The notes beneath the pieces were generated by a model. It had not been told where the DNA came from and did not search any database. It was given only the letters and a program-made list of their open reading frames with translations. From positions 13,849-77,848 of the forward strand of contig JAYZLP010000020.1 of the NCBI GenBank assembly GCA_036154155.1: a stretch of DNA of 64,000 nt, in the 5' to 3' direction. Both the position numbers and the translations under genes were made by a program. This DNA comes from Thermoplasmatota archaeon. Its GTDB lineage: Archaea; Thermoplasmatota; Poseidoniia; Poseidoniales; Thalassarchaeaceae. Positions 27,613 to 37,168 of the stretch are shown one piece after another (within the stretch, counting starts at the first letter, position 1; every line of letters begins with the position of its first letter).

Positions 27613-29163
27613 ATGCCAGAGGTAGGTGTAGACGACATCGCGATCTATTTTCCACGTCTCTATTTCGATATGAAGGACTTCGCAGAATTCAGGGGTGCCG
27701 ACTTCAGCAAATTGAACAAGGGACTGGGCCTTTCGGCCATGGCAATACCAGATTTTCACGAGGACACAGCAACAATGGGTGCGAATGCCGCATCAAGACT
27801 GATTGACAGGAACGGCATAGACCCAAGCTCGATCGGAAGAATCTACCTGGGAACCGAGTCTGCGCTGGATGGCGCCAAACCGACAGCCACCTACATCATG
27901 GATATGCTAGAACAGAAATACTCCCCGGAGTTCGGTGCTGAATGCTTCAGGAACTGCGACGTTGTGGACTTGACATTCGCGTGCATTGGAGCAGTCGACG
28001 CAATGCACAACACGCTAGATTGGGTAGCTAGGGGGGGCATCGAAGAAGATCGAATAGGAATAGTGGTTTTCGCTGACAATGCGAAGTACGATCTCGGCTC
28101 TAGCGGGGAGTACACCCAAGGGGCTGGAGGCGGTGCTATACTAATCAGGCATAATCCCAGACTTCTAGTAATTCCCGACATTTGGGGAGTTTCCACTATG
28201 CCGGTCCATGACTTCTTCAAGCCACGTAGAGAGGTCGATACAAGGTCAATCATCGAGAATGTTTTGGAATTAGCAATTGAAAGTGGGGAGAAGGTCAAGG
28301 ACGGACTCGTGGATAATATTCTGAAGATTCTGCCCACGTCAAGTAAGAAGGACGAACTTATTTTCGAGAATGACAAGCTAATGATTCACAAGGATATGCC
28401 AGTCTTCGACGGGCAGTTCTCCAATAGGTGCTATTCAGAGTCAGTAAAAACCGCATTCATAGATTTCAGGGAGAAGGCGATCCGAGATGGCAGGTATGAG
28501 CCAGAAAATGACGAAATTCTAACAGAGCAGTGGATGAGGATTATTGTTCACCTGCCATACGCCTTTCAAGGAAAAAGGATGTTCCCAGATGTTTTCAGAC
28601 ATGACAGGAGGCATCTCCCGCTTTGGGAAGAGATCGTAAAAGAGATCGGCGCCGAGCCTTTCCCGGAGGATTTCCCAGACACCCAAGAGGGAATAGAGGA
28701 ATTCGAGAAGGCGAATGATCAGTACAGAAGGCTGATTTCAAAGACGGAGCAATTCAAGGAATTTGCAGAGATGAGAATTGAGAAGACTCAGAGGGCATCT
28801 AGCCTAATCGGTAATCAGTACACTGGTTCTATTTTCCTAGCTCTCATGTCCACCATGGAGAGCGACTATCTCGATGATGTTGATATGGTCGGAAAGAAAG
28901 TCGGCCTTTGTGGGTATGGATCAGGGGCCAAAGCCAAGGTTTTCGAGGGCGAGGTCCAGCCCAACTGGAGAGACGTCGCATCGAGATTCAGACTATTTGA
29001 GAGGCTTGCAGAACGCCACGCAATTGACAAATCCGAGTATGAGTCACTTCACCGTGGTAGCAGGAAGGGCTCCGTCTTGCCCCCGAAGGGTGAATTCGCT
29101 CTGGTTGGAATAGGTGTCGAGGGGGATCTCGAGGGCCAACGAAGATATTCCTGGTTCGACTAG
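27613..29163 (+). CDS. Hydroxymethylglutaryl-CoA synthase (long, eukaryote-like form)
   Basis: VGVDDIAIYFP.., ..TFACIGAVDAM (active-site Cys), GIVVFADNAKYD.. align with HMGCS. Confidence 0.8.
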   Translation: MPEVGVDDIAIYFPRLYFDMKDFAEFRGADFSKLNKGLGLSAMAIPDFHEDTATMGANAASRLIDRNGIDPSSIGRIYLGTESALDGAKPTATYIMDMLEQKYSPEFGAECFRNCDVVDLTFACIGAVDAMHNTLDWVARGGIEEDRIGIVVFADNAKYDLGSSGEYTQGAGGGAILIRHNPRLLVIPDIWGVSTMPVHDFFKPRREVDTRSIIENVLELAIESGEKVKDGLVDNILKILPTSSKKDELIFENDKLMIHKDMPVFDGQFSNRCYSESVKTAFIDFREKAIRDGRYEPENDEILTEQWMRIIVHLPYAFQGKRMFPDVFRHDRRHLPLWEEIVKEIGAEPFPEDFPDTQEGIEEFEKANDQYRRLISKTEQFKEFAEMRIEKTQRASSLIGNQYTGSIFLALMSTMESDYLDDVDMVGKKVGLCGYGSGAKAKVFEGEVQPNWRDVASRFRLFERLAERHAIDKSEYESLHRGSRKGSVLPPKGEFALVGIGVEGDLEGQRRYSWFD

Positions 29164-29165
29164 AG

Positions 29166-30347
29166 TCACTCAGGCCGAATTGAACGGCTAATCACTATTC
29201 TTTGAACCTCTTGGGTACCTTCGTAAATTTGAGTAATCTTTGCATCCCTGAAGAATCTCTCAACCGGGAAGTCTGTTGTATAGCCATATCCTCCAAGGAC
29301 TTGAACCGCCCTCTCTGTAACCCACATAGCAGTATCTCCAGCAAAGAGTTTGGCCATGCTGGCTTCTTTGGTATGCCTCGGTGCGCCTTCATCGTAATGC
29401 CGCTTTTTAGCCCAAGCTGCCCTGTATACCATCATCCTCGAGGCATCGATCCTTGTTGCCATTTCAGCCAGATAGTTCCCAATACTCTGGTGGAGGGCAA
29501 TTGGCTTTCCAAATGCCTCTCTTTCGTGAGCATAGTTCAATGCAGACTCATAAGCCCCCTGGGAGATTCCCAAAGCTTGGGCGGCAATCCCAATTCTCGA
29601 ATTATCCAAGGCGTTCATCGCTATCGGGAAACCTTCTCCCGGCCCTTTCAGTACATTCTCTATTGGAACCTTGCAATCCTCAAGGAGCAGGGAGCATGTG
29701 TCAGAGGACCTTATCCCTAGCTTGTCCTCCTTCTTCCCGACAGAAAAACCATCAAATGACTTCTCGACAATGAATGCAGTAGTCCCTCCATGCTTCTTTA
29801 CTCCGAAATCTGGATGATCAACATCCTTCGCAAATAGAACGTAAATATCGGCACTGCTTCCATTGGTAACCCACATCTTCTCGCCGTTTAGGATGTAATG
29901 CGTCCCGTCATCGCTTAGCTTGGCCTTGCAGCTCATGGCCGCAGCATCGGTTCCCGCGCCTGCCTCTGAGAGGGAATAGGCCCCTATTTCATCACCAGAG
30001 AGCCTAGTTAGGTACTCCTTCTTTTGAGACTCATTTCCATGAAGGGCTATTGTTTTCGAACATAGGCCGACATGAACGCAGTACATTACCGAGAACGAGG
30101 GATCCACCCTTGCAAGTTCTTCCACTATTATTGCCTCAGTGATGTCGTCTACCGGGCTACCGCCATATTCCTCGGGGATGGTAATTCCCTGGAGGCCATA
30201 TTCGCAGAATGAAACCCACTCATCAAGTGGGGCCCTCTGTTCCCTGTCCCTCTCCAAAGTTGAAGGTGAAAGAACATCCTCCGCAAATCCTCTGACCATC
30301 TCTCGAATCATGCTCTGCTCCTCATTTTCAGCGAAATCCATGGGCAT
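29166..30347 (-). CDS. Acyl-CoA dehydrogenase
   Basis: ACAD domains (YSLSEAGAGTDAA, FIVEKSFDGFSVGKKEDKLGIRSSDT, QVLGGYGY); start trimmed to MPMDFAENEE to avoid the GcvH-like gene. Confidence 0.8.
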   Translation of the reverse strand: MPMDFAENEEQSMIREMVRGFAEDVLSPSTLERDREQRAPLDEWVSFCEYGLQGITIPEEYGGSPVDDITEAIIVEELARVDPSFSVMYCVHVGLCSKTIALHGNESQKKEYLTRLSGDEIGAYSLSEAGAGTDAAAMSCKAKLSDDGTHYILNGEKMWVTNGSSADIYVLFAKDVDHPDFGVKKHGGTTAFIVEKSFDGFSVGKKEDKLGIRSSDTCSLLLEDCKVPIENVLKGPGEGFPIAMNALDNSRIGIAAQALGISQGAYESALNYAHEREAFGKPIALHQSIGNYLAEMATRIDASRMMVYRAAWAKKRHYDEGAPRHTKEASMAKLFAGDTAMWVTERAVQVLGGYGYTTDFPVERFFRDAKITQIYEGTQEVQRIVISRSIRPE

Positions 30348-30455
30348 CTCCGATACTCCGAAAGGCCAGACATTGTTAATCCCTCTTGGGAAAAATTGAG
30401 TTTTCGATAAGCGAATAGTTGAAAACGGAATTCGGTCGGCGGCCGGACGAATCAC

Positions 30456-30989
30456 ATGGCAGATGGCGACTACTCGGAGTTCAGCATCGCTCACGACCGA
30501 CTGTACACATTGGAGCATCTATGGCTCCAAGTCCTCGATGAAGACAAGGACGAGGGAACTACAAGCATCAAGATAGGGCTTAGCGAATTCCTAATGGCTG
30601 AGTATGGAGAAGTAATTCAGGCAGTGCTAGCGAGGCCAAGGGACGAAGGTGAGTTTGAGATGGAGGGCGGATCTGGCCTTTCGGAGGATGATGAGGCCGA
30701 AGAAACACCAACAATGTCTACCGCTGGTGACCAAGTTGGGATTGATGATTTGATGATTACTATTACCACTAAATTCGACGGAGAATTTGATAGAATCCTA
30801 TTCAATGCCCCATTCCCTTGCACAATTTCGGAATTGAATGGGCATGTAGAGGACAATCCCGACTTACTCAACGAGGAAGCATATGGGGATGGATGGTGCA
30901 TCATTGTCAAGACGCAATCTGACGATTTCGACGAGGACCAGTTCTTGAATAAGGACGAATACATCGAGATGTTGAATGAGCTCCCCTAG
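30456..30989 (+). CDS. gcvH: Glycine cleavage H-protein-like lipoyl-carrier paralog with ~45-aa acidic insertion
   Basis: YTLEHLWLQV..IKIGLSEFLMAEYGEVIQAV..ITTKFDGEF (Lys aligned to the lipoyl-Lys)..LLNEEAYGDGWCIIVK. Confidence 0.6.
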   Translation: MADGDYSEFSIAHDRLYTLEHLWLQVLDEDKDEGTTSIKIGLSEFLMAEYGEVIQAVLARPRDEGEFEMEGGSGLSEDDEAEETPTMSTAGDQVGIDDLMITITTKFDGEFDRILFNAPFPCTISELNGHVEDNPDLLNEEAYGDGWCIIVKTQSDDFDEDQFLNKDEYIEMLNELP

Positions 30990-32290
30990 GGCCACTTCAA
31001 TATCTCCCAATCCCTGGGTTCTGAGTCCTGCCAGTCTATTTCTTTGAGTAGTTCTAGGACCTCCTCGTAAGTAGTCAGGTCATCTTCCACTTGCTTCCTG
31101 TGGAGCCACCCCTTCAGCATACCTAGGCGTGGACCAGGGGGTAGTCCAGTTTCTCGAGAAAGATCATCCCCCTTCACCAGTGGGGAAATGCCCGCCCTAG
31201 GCCTACCGACGCTCTCTAGGGCCTCTGAGAAAGATTCTGTATCCTGGCCTAGCCTGCCTAAGTATTCAAGGACTCTCCCCCTCCTTTGTTCTGGCAGTGC
31301 AGCAGCGAACCTTCTGAGATAGGCTTCACTGTGGTCTAATATCTCCCCCTTGCTATCATGTAAGAAACAAACCTCATCCAAAGTAGAATTGCTTAGCATC
31401 AATTCCCCACGTAGAATTCCCCGTAATTCTCCCCCACTTCCATCAAAATTCCTGGAAAGAATCGCTAGGTTAACTTCCATATCACTGCCAAGCGGACACT
31501 CAGATTTCTCCAACAAAGATCCAGAAATAGCCCCTAAAACACCCAGTTCCTCCATCTTGGAAACTATCTCGTCAGCCCAATCTCCAGAGAGAATAATGGA
31601 TAATTCAGAGCATATCCTTTCCTTTGAAACCATTTCCAGCATCCCAAGACTGGATGAAATAGCATCACACAATGAATCATCCATCTTCCGCACGCCCTCC
31701 TCACCTCCATCCATGAACCTGAATGCCCTTAGAATTCTCAAACCATCCTCAGAGATCCTTTTTCGGGGATCTCCAACGGATGTCAGTAATCCATTCAGAA
31801 GGTCCTCCCTTCCGCCGAATGGATCAATCAGTGAGCCCTCTTCGTATGGGTATTCTAGAGCCATCGCATTAATTTTGAAATCTCTTCTGGAAAGGTCATC
31901 CTCAATATTAGTACCGAATTCGACTTCATCAGGCCTCCTTCCATCACCGTATGATCCATCACTCCTAAGTGTAGTAACTTCCCAAATTTCGTTACCCCAA
32001 ATCCCCTCATCCAGCCTCACAGAAACAGTTCCGTATTTCGCACCAACCATCAGGGATCTTGGGAAAATGGCCTTCACCTCATCCGGATGGAGTGTAGTTG
32101 CAATGTCAACATCTGTATCCTTTCTTCCCGAAATAGATTCTCTGACCCATCCCCCAACTATCCATGCTTCACCCCTGCTTCTTAGGCCTTCAAGGACTAA
32201 CAAATCCTCGGGCCGCAGTAATGGATGTGCATGTCCCATGCACGTTCCGTGAGCCCCAACAACATCACTTCTTCGGAAAATAAGGCTCAT
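30986..32290 (-). CDS. Class II (PolyA-pol/CCA head domain) nucleotidyltransferase family protein
   Basis: GGWVRESISG..DVDIAT, SRRDFKINAM, ISEDGLRILRAFRF are diagnostic class II tRNA-NT/PAP motifs. Confidence 0.7.
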   Translation of the reverse strand: MSLIFRRSDVVGAHGTCMGHAHPLLRPEDLLVLEGLRSRGEAWIVGGWVRESISGRKDTDVDIATTLHPDEVKAIFPRSLMVGAKYGTVSVRLDEGIWGNEIWEVTTLRSDGSYGDGRRPDEVEFGTNIEDDLSRRDFKINAMALEYPYEEGSLIDPFGGREDLLNGLLTSVGDPRKRISEDGLRILRAFRFMDGGEEGVRKMDDSLCDAISSSLGMLEMVSKERICSELSIILSGDWADEIVSKMEELGVLGAISGSLLEKSECPLGSDMEVNLAILSRNFDGSGGELRGILRGELMLSNSTLDEVCFLHDSKGEILDHSEAYLRRFAAALPEQRRGRVLEYLGRLGQDTESFSEALESVGRPRAGISPLVKGDDLSRETGLPPGPRLGMLKGWLHRKQVEDDLTTYEEVLELLKEIDWQDSEPRDWEILKWP

Positions 32291-33321
32291 GGGACGAGGT
32301 CTTCATGGCCCCCGAGCATTTCGCCCCCTTCTTCTCTTGGCGCCCCTGGATTGGCAATGTCGAAGCTGAACATTTCCCCTATGACGGGCCATAATGCGCC
32401 CATCCACTCCATTTCAGACATTAGAAGCTCAATTACCGGATGCTCGAGAATCTCCTCTTCTGTAGAGTCTTCATCAATCTCTGGTATTCCATCGGGAAGC
32501 CCCCTGAGCGATTCAATGAGCCCCTCCAGTCTGACCAGTGCCTCACTTTCCGGATCTATCGCGCCACTCATCATCTCGACAATATCTTCGAGGTGTTCAG
32601 CAAGCAGTTTCGGCTCGAATGGATTCCTGTCTGAATCCCCAATATCAACAGGACCGAATACGACTCCTCCTAAGTCGGTGTCCATCCAGCCTCCTCCTTG
32701 CCATTCTCTTTTCAGTAGTCTTTGATTCAAGTGCCCTCCAAACGGCCCCAGAATGAAGCCACCCTCCTCAATTAGCAAATCAAGATAGTGCGGTATTTCC
32801 CTCACAGCTCCCGTAATTAGAACCCTGCTAACGTCTCTATTCCACTCCGGATCCTCCATTGATTCGGGCCCAAGGACCCTAATCACTCCATTTGCCTCTA
32901 TCTTTTCGAGACACTCAATTGTATGCCTCACAACCTCTTCATTTGGCTCAATAACAGAAACTGTCCCTCCAGGCCCAATTATCCAATCAATTAGTGATGC
33001 GATATATCCGCCCTTGGATCCTATGATTATTACATTCTGATTCTCTGAGATTTCAAGGTGGTGCAACAATGTCACCACCATGTGTGGAGCGGAAATTGTC
33101 TTCGCACTCCCTGTTTCGGTGATCATGAAGGGGACGGGCCTATCATGCCAGAAGCCCTCTAGGGAGTGCTCGGTGAAAATTGACGGATCCACTTCAGACA
33201 TAGCACCAAAAATCTCGGAATTCACTGGAATTCCGGCTGCAATCAGTCGTTCTAGAAGCTCAGAGATGTCTGTCAACGCCCTCTCCCCCGGAGGCCGTTC
33301 AGCCGCAGGCCATTTGAACAC
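32287..33321 (-). CDS. pcm: Protein-L-isoaspartate O-methyltransferase with C-terminal extension
   Basis: TISAPHMVVTLLHHLEI..VIIIGSKGGYIASLI..GGTVSVIEPNEEVV..LDLLIEEGGFILGP is the PIMT fold. About 120 aa follow the methyltransferase domain. Confidence 0.75.
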   Translation of the reverse strand: MFKWPAAERPPGERALTDISELLERLIAAGIPVNSEIFGAMSEVDPSIFTEHSLEGFWHDRPVPFMITETGSAKTISAPHMVVTLLHHLEISENQNVIIIGSKGGYIASLIDWIIGPGGTVSVIEPNEEVVRHTIECLEKIEANGVIRVLGPESMEDPEWNRDVSRVLITGAVREIPHYLDLLIEEGGFILGPFGGHLNQRLLKREWQGGGWMDTDLGGVVFGPVDIGDSDRNPFEPKLLAEHLEDIVEMMSGAIDPESEALVRLEGLIESLRGLPDGIPEIDEDSTEEEILEHPVIELLMSEMEWMGALWPVIGEMFSFDIANPGAPREEGGEMLGGHEDLVP

Positions 33322-33342
33322 AACGCCCCCCCGCGTGTATCG

Positions 33343-33418
33343 GGGTCCGTGGTCTAGGGGTTATGACGTTGCTCTTACAAAGCGAAGATCGCAGGTTCAA
33401 TTCCTGCCGGACCCACCA
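33343..33418 (+). tRNA. tRNA-Val (anticodon TAC), CCA encoded
   Basis: gggtccg..gttgct-cTACaaa-gcgaa..gcagg-ttcaatt-cctgc-cggaccc-a-cca; body nearly identical to the tRNA at 8246. Confidence 0.85.
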
Positions 33419-33486
33419 ATAAATTACCTCTGAAAGCATTATTTTCAATAATTTTGCATTTTTCAGGCCACTGAAAACGTCAAGAA

Positions 33487-34197
33487 GTGGTGTATGGGCG
33501 GAAGGTCGTGGTCGAAGAGACCGCTGGTCTTGCCTCTCGCGTTGCAAGGAGGCTTCGCAAGAGGGAGTGGACTGTTTCTGTAGCAGAGTCCTGCACAGGG
33601 GGACTTCTAGCTTCGATAATTACAGATATTTCCGGTGCATCTGGATGGTTTAACCAGGGCTGGGTGACATACTCAAATGAATCTAAGATGCGTGAATTGG
33701 GAGTGGAAAAATCCGCTTTCGATGAGGGGGAAGCGGGGGCCGTCTCTCACGAAGTCGCAATTCAGATGGCCCGTGGTGCCAAGCATCAGTCGTCATCAGA
33801 TGTGTCCATTGCAATTACAGGAATAGCAGGGCCAGGTGGGGCTACCGCCGAGAAAGAAGTTGGCAGGGTCCACGTCGCCGTAATTGCAGGTGACTATTTC
33901 CTTTCCAGAAGAATGGATTTTGGCGACAATGACAGATTGGACAATAAGAAGTCGTTTGTCTCCTTTGCACTCAGGCTCTCGCTAGAGGCGTTGGATAGGG
34001 TGAAGGAGAATGAGGCCATCGTTGAACGCGCAATGAGTGAGGCCTCTTCCGAGGCAGTATTGGACACCTCCCAATTGGACCCTTCGTCTGAGGAATGGGA
34101 AGGCAGCCTCGATTGGAATGTCGAGGACTACTCAAAGACAGTGGCCGAAGAGATAGGGAAAGTGGATCTCGCCTCACTAGCTGACTGGGACGAGTAG
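33487..34197 (+). CDS. cinA: CinA C-terminal domain protein (nicotinamide-nucleotide amidase PncC-like)
   Basis: LASRVARRL..WTVSVAESCTGGLLAS..VSIAITGIAGPGG. Confidence 0.75.
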   Translation: MVYGRKVVVEETAGLASRVARRLRKREWTVSVAESCTGGLLASIITDISGASGWFNQGWVTYSNESKMRELGVEKSAFDEGEAGAVSHEVAIQMARGAKHQSSSDVSIAITGIAGPGGATAEKEVGRVHVAVIAGDYFLSRRMDFGDNDRLDNKKSFVSFALRLSLEALDRVKENEAIVERAMSEASSEAVLDTSQLDPSSEEWEGSLDWNVEDYSKTVAEEIGKVDLASLADWDE

Positions 34198-34262
34198 CAT
34201 TTGCCATATTTTCCGAGATTTTATCGATATCATCATGAGCGTCCCGGCCGCTTATCGACATC

Positions 34263-35882
34263 ATGGTTGAGGACGACTGGTCCGAGAGGCAGCGGATACT
34301 AGCTTCTGCAGGCATTCTTGTTCTCGCCTCAGCAAAGGAAAAGATTCAGAAAATTTCAGACATTCAACCACTAATCGAGGCAGCCCGCTCCTCCGGAGTA
34401 AGGATGTTAGACTCAAGAACCGTTGAAGAACTCCTAACTTTAGTGCCTACCCACGAACCTCCTATCGTCGCCCAGACCCCTACAAGGAGCGAACAATCCA
34501 CACTTCCAGACCCCCAGAGCCATTCCTCTCATGGCCGAGTGGTAGCACCTTCTAGTGCTCTGGAGCTTGCACCTCCCCCACGGCCACATGGCCTGGCCAA
34601 TTACGACTTGGCAGAGTTCCCAATGCAGGCAAGGGACGTGGATGCAGAAATCGAAGTACACTTTGACATCACTGGGCACTCCGTTACAGAGGGAAAGATG
34701 TCGGACATGAAGGCATGTTTCACAGATAGATTGAGGAGGATAAGGGGCATGATGGTCAACTCAAACGTGCTTCCCAGAAGGCCGATATCTACGTCCGAGG
34801 CATGGAGGAATAGGCAGAGGCACTCAACCAAGGACTATGAAATTACTATGGTGGGTCTCGCCAGTGAAATGCGTTGGACAAAGAACAAGAATCTCATGTT
34901 TGTTATCGAAGACGAGTCCAGTCAGATCTCATGTCTCGTGAAGCCACCCTCTGATGCATCCGAGGTCCACCCCGCGCTCGACGGACTCATGAATGACGAT
35001 GTTGTTGGGGTCAGTGGGTCATTCCTAATAGGAGAGAGGGACCCAATATTCTTCGTCCAGGACATCCATCTTCCCCCCTTGGGCAGGCACTCAAAGAATA
35101 GTGCTGGTCAGGATAGAGCGGTTTCTGCCGCATTCCTTTCCGACATGCACGTCGGTAGCATGACATTCCTAGGGCCTCAGTGGGAGAAGATGATTAGGTG
35201 GTTCAAGACAGACCCTCTTGCTAGAACAATCAAGTATTTTGTACTAAGTGGAGATGGGGTCGATGGAGTCGGAATTTATCCGGGTCAAGACAGGCATCTG
35301 GCAATCAAGGACTTATTCCAGCAGTATGGGGAGCTTGCCCGACTTCTTGAGGACATTCCTGATTGGGTAGATGTCATCATCCTCCCCGGCAATCATGACG
35401 CCGTAAGGCCTGCAGAGCCACAACCAGCATTAGATCCAGAAGTGCAGCAAGATTACTCAGATACCACCTTTGTGGGCAATCCCTGTGACTTCAGCCTAAA
35501 TGGCGTCAGAGTCCTTTCTTACCATGGGAAGAGCATTGACGATTTCGTCGCCACTTTGAGGTCTGTGTCATATTCGGAACCAGAGAGGGCGATGCAGGCC
35601 ATGCTTGAGAGAAGGCATCTGGCACCCTCATGGGGTGGCAAGACTCCCCTTTCCCCTGAGCCCGAGGACAATCTTGTTATTTCCACAATTCCAGATATTT
35701 TTGTCACTGGACACGTACACGGGCACTTCGTTGGAGGGTACAAGGGTACTACCATGGTACACAGCTCTACATGGCAGAATCAGACGGATTTCCAGAGGAT
35801 GTTGGGTTTCCAACCAAAGCCATGCATTTTGACCGTAGTCAACTTGCACACCTTCGCAACAGCCTCCATACCGTTCGCATAA
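34263..35882 (+). CDS. DNA polymerase II (PolD) small subunit DP1
   Basis: Calcineurin-like phosphoesterase motifs: AAFLSDMHVGS, VLSGDGVDGVG, IILPGNHDAV, VTGHVHGH; OB-fold region upstream. Confidence 0.85.
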   Translation: MVEDDWSERQRILASAGILVLASAKEKIQKISDIQPLIEAARSSGVRMLDSRTVEELLTLVPTHEPPIVAQTPTRSEQSTLPDPQSHSSHGRVVAPSSALELAPPPRPHGLANYDLAEFPMQARDVDAEIEVHFDITGHSVTEGKMSDMKACFTDRLRRIRGMMVNSNVLPRRPISTSEAWRNRQRHSTKDYEITMVGLASEMRWTKNKNLMFVIEDESSQISCLVKPPSDASEVHPALDGLMNDDVVGVSGSFLIGERDPIFFVQDIHLPPLGRHSKNSAGQDRAVSAAFLSDMHVGSMTFLGPQWEKMIRWFKTDPLARTIKYFVLSGDGVDGVGIYPGQDRHLAIKDLFQQYGELARLLEDIPDWVDVIILPGNHDAVRPAEPQPALDPEVQQDYSDTTFVGNPCDFSLNGVRVLSYHGKSIDDFVATLRSVSYSEPERAMQAMLERRHLAPSWGGKTPLSPEPEDNLVISTIPDIFVTGHVHGHFVGGYKGTTMVHSSTWQNQTDFQRMLGFQPKPCILTVVNLHTFATASIPFA

Positions 35883-36560
35883 TCAATTCGGAAATTCTTC
35901 CCCATCAAAGATATGGGGCCAAATGTCACGAAGATCATTACCTTCGACAACAGGGACCCCTGCCTCTCTAAATGAGTCCCTAGCCAGATCCCGAGCTGGA
36001 TTAAATCCGATAAACGAAGACCCATCAATCATCATTGATAGGTCAGTACTCGAGTCCCCAACTGAAAAAATTCCAGCTGGTTCCATGTTATTTATTCGCG
36101 ATAATTTATCCACCATTATGTCCTTCTCGTGAGATAGCACTCTGGCCTTCATTGGACCTCTGAGAAAACCCTCCTCATCCCAATCAAAACCATTTGCAGC
36201 CCAATCATCAACGCTGAGCATATTTGCAATAGCGCCCACGAAGACATCCACTCCTGCCGACACAATAGCGACGTAAACACCCCTCCTCTTCAGCTCTTCA
36301 ACGACGTCTCTCGCACCCGGCATAAGACCAATGCCAGAGTAAGCTCTCATTATGTCGTCTCTGTGAATTTCGGGACTCACCCCCGTCCAGAGCCGAATGT
36401 CATCAGCCATGAACTCGTCATCTGAGATTTCTCCTGCCAGAAATCTGCGAAGCATTTCTTTGTTCTCAGTTCCGAAGTAGTCGTGAATATTCTGCCAGGA
36501 TGATCCATTGTCCGTAAGAACTCCATCGCAATCGAATACCACCGCGACAACATCCTTCAT
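35883..36560 (-). CDS. HAD-superfamily hydrolase (phosphoserine phosphatase-like)
   Basis: VVAVVFDCDGVLTD (motif I DxD), IVSAGVD, SVGDSSTDLSMM motifs. Confidence 0.7.
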   Translation of the reverse strand: MKDVVAVVFDCDGVLTDNGSSWQNIHDYFGTENKEMLRRFLAGEISDDEFMADDIRLWTGVSPEIHRDDIMRAYSGIGLMPGARDVVEELKRRGVYVAIVSAGVDVFVGAIANMLSVDDWAANGFDWDEEGFLRGPMKARVLSHEKDIMVDKLSRINNMEPAGIFSVGDSSTDLSMMIDGSSFIGFNPARDLARDSFREAGVPVVEGNDLRDIWPHIFDGEEFPN

Positions 36561-36633
36561 ACCACGACGTCCCGTATTCTGCACTTAAGTTGTGCAGCGA
36601 TGACTTGATTCCTAAGTAAGCTAGCCGGACCGC

Positions 36634-36903
36634 ATGGACGAGCATTACCATGCTGGCGGACCAGCTATCAAGGTCAGCATGCTATTCTTCGGGCCATTGG
36701 CAGAGAGGTTCGGTCAAAGAGAGGTCACGGTATCATTGGACGCCGGTACAACAACCTCTCAGTTGGTCGAGAGATTCGATCTCAGTGAGATGCTAGAATT
36801 TGGACTGAGGATCGCTATCGATGGTGAGATGGACGCAGATATGGACAAACCCCTATCCGATTCATCAGAGGTTGCATTCCTCCCGCCTGTTTCCGGAGGC
36901 TAG
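36634..36903 (+). CDS. MoaD/SAMP-like small ubiquitin-like protein (C-terminal GG)
   Basis: IKVSMLFFGPLAERFGQREVTVSL ... EVAFLPPVSGG*, beta-grasp MoaD pattern ending in a Gly-Gly stop. Confidence 0.6.
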   Translation: MDEHYHAGGPAIKVSMLFFGPLAERFGQREVTVSLDAGTTTSQLVERFDLSEMLEFGLRIAIDGEMDADMDKPLSDSSEVAFLPPVSGG

Positions 36904-36958
36904 GGAGTTTAACTCCGAAGCATTCAACCGAGTAATCCCCCTCGAGAGTACGGTAGAC

Positions 36959-37168
36959 ATGGCATTGGGAGCCCCTGAGGCAATAATCATCGTGATTTTC
37001 GGAATACTGGTTTTTGGGGCAGATAAGATACCCAAACTGGCTAGAAATGTCGGTAGGGCCAAAGGAGAGTTCCAGCAAGGAATCATGGAAACCACATCGG
37101 CATCTTCTGCCGAGGAAGACATGGACAGGGGCGGCATGACAGAAGAAGTCGCATCCGAGTCTGAGTAG
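36959..37168 (+). CDS. tatA: Sec-independent protein translocase TatA/E
   Basis: MALGAPEAIIIVIFGILVFGADKIPKLARNVGRAKGEFQQG; TM helix followed by an amphipathic helix. Confidence 0.8.
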   Translation: MALGAPEAIIIVIFGILVFGADKIPKLARNVGRAKGEFQQGIMETTSASSAEEDMDRGGMTEEVASESE

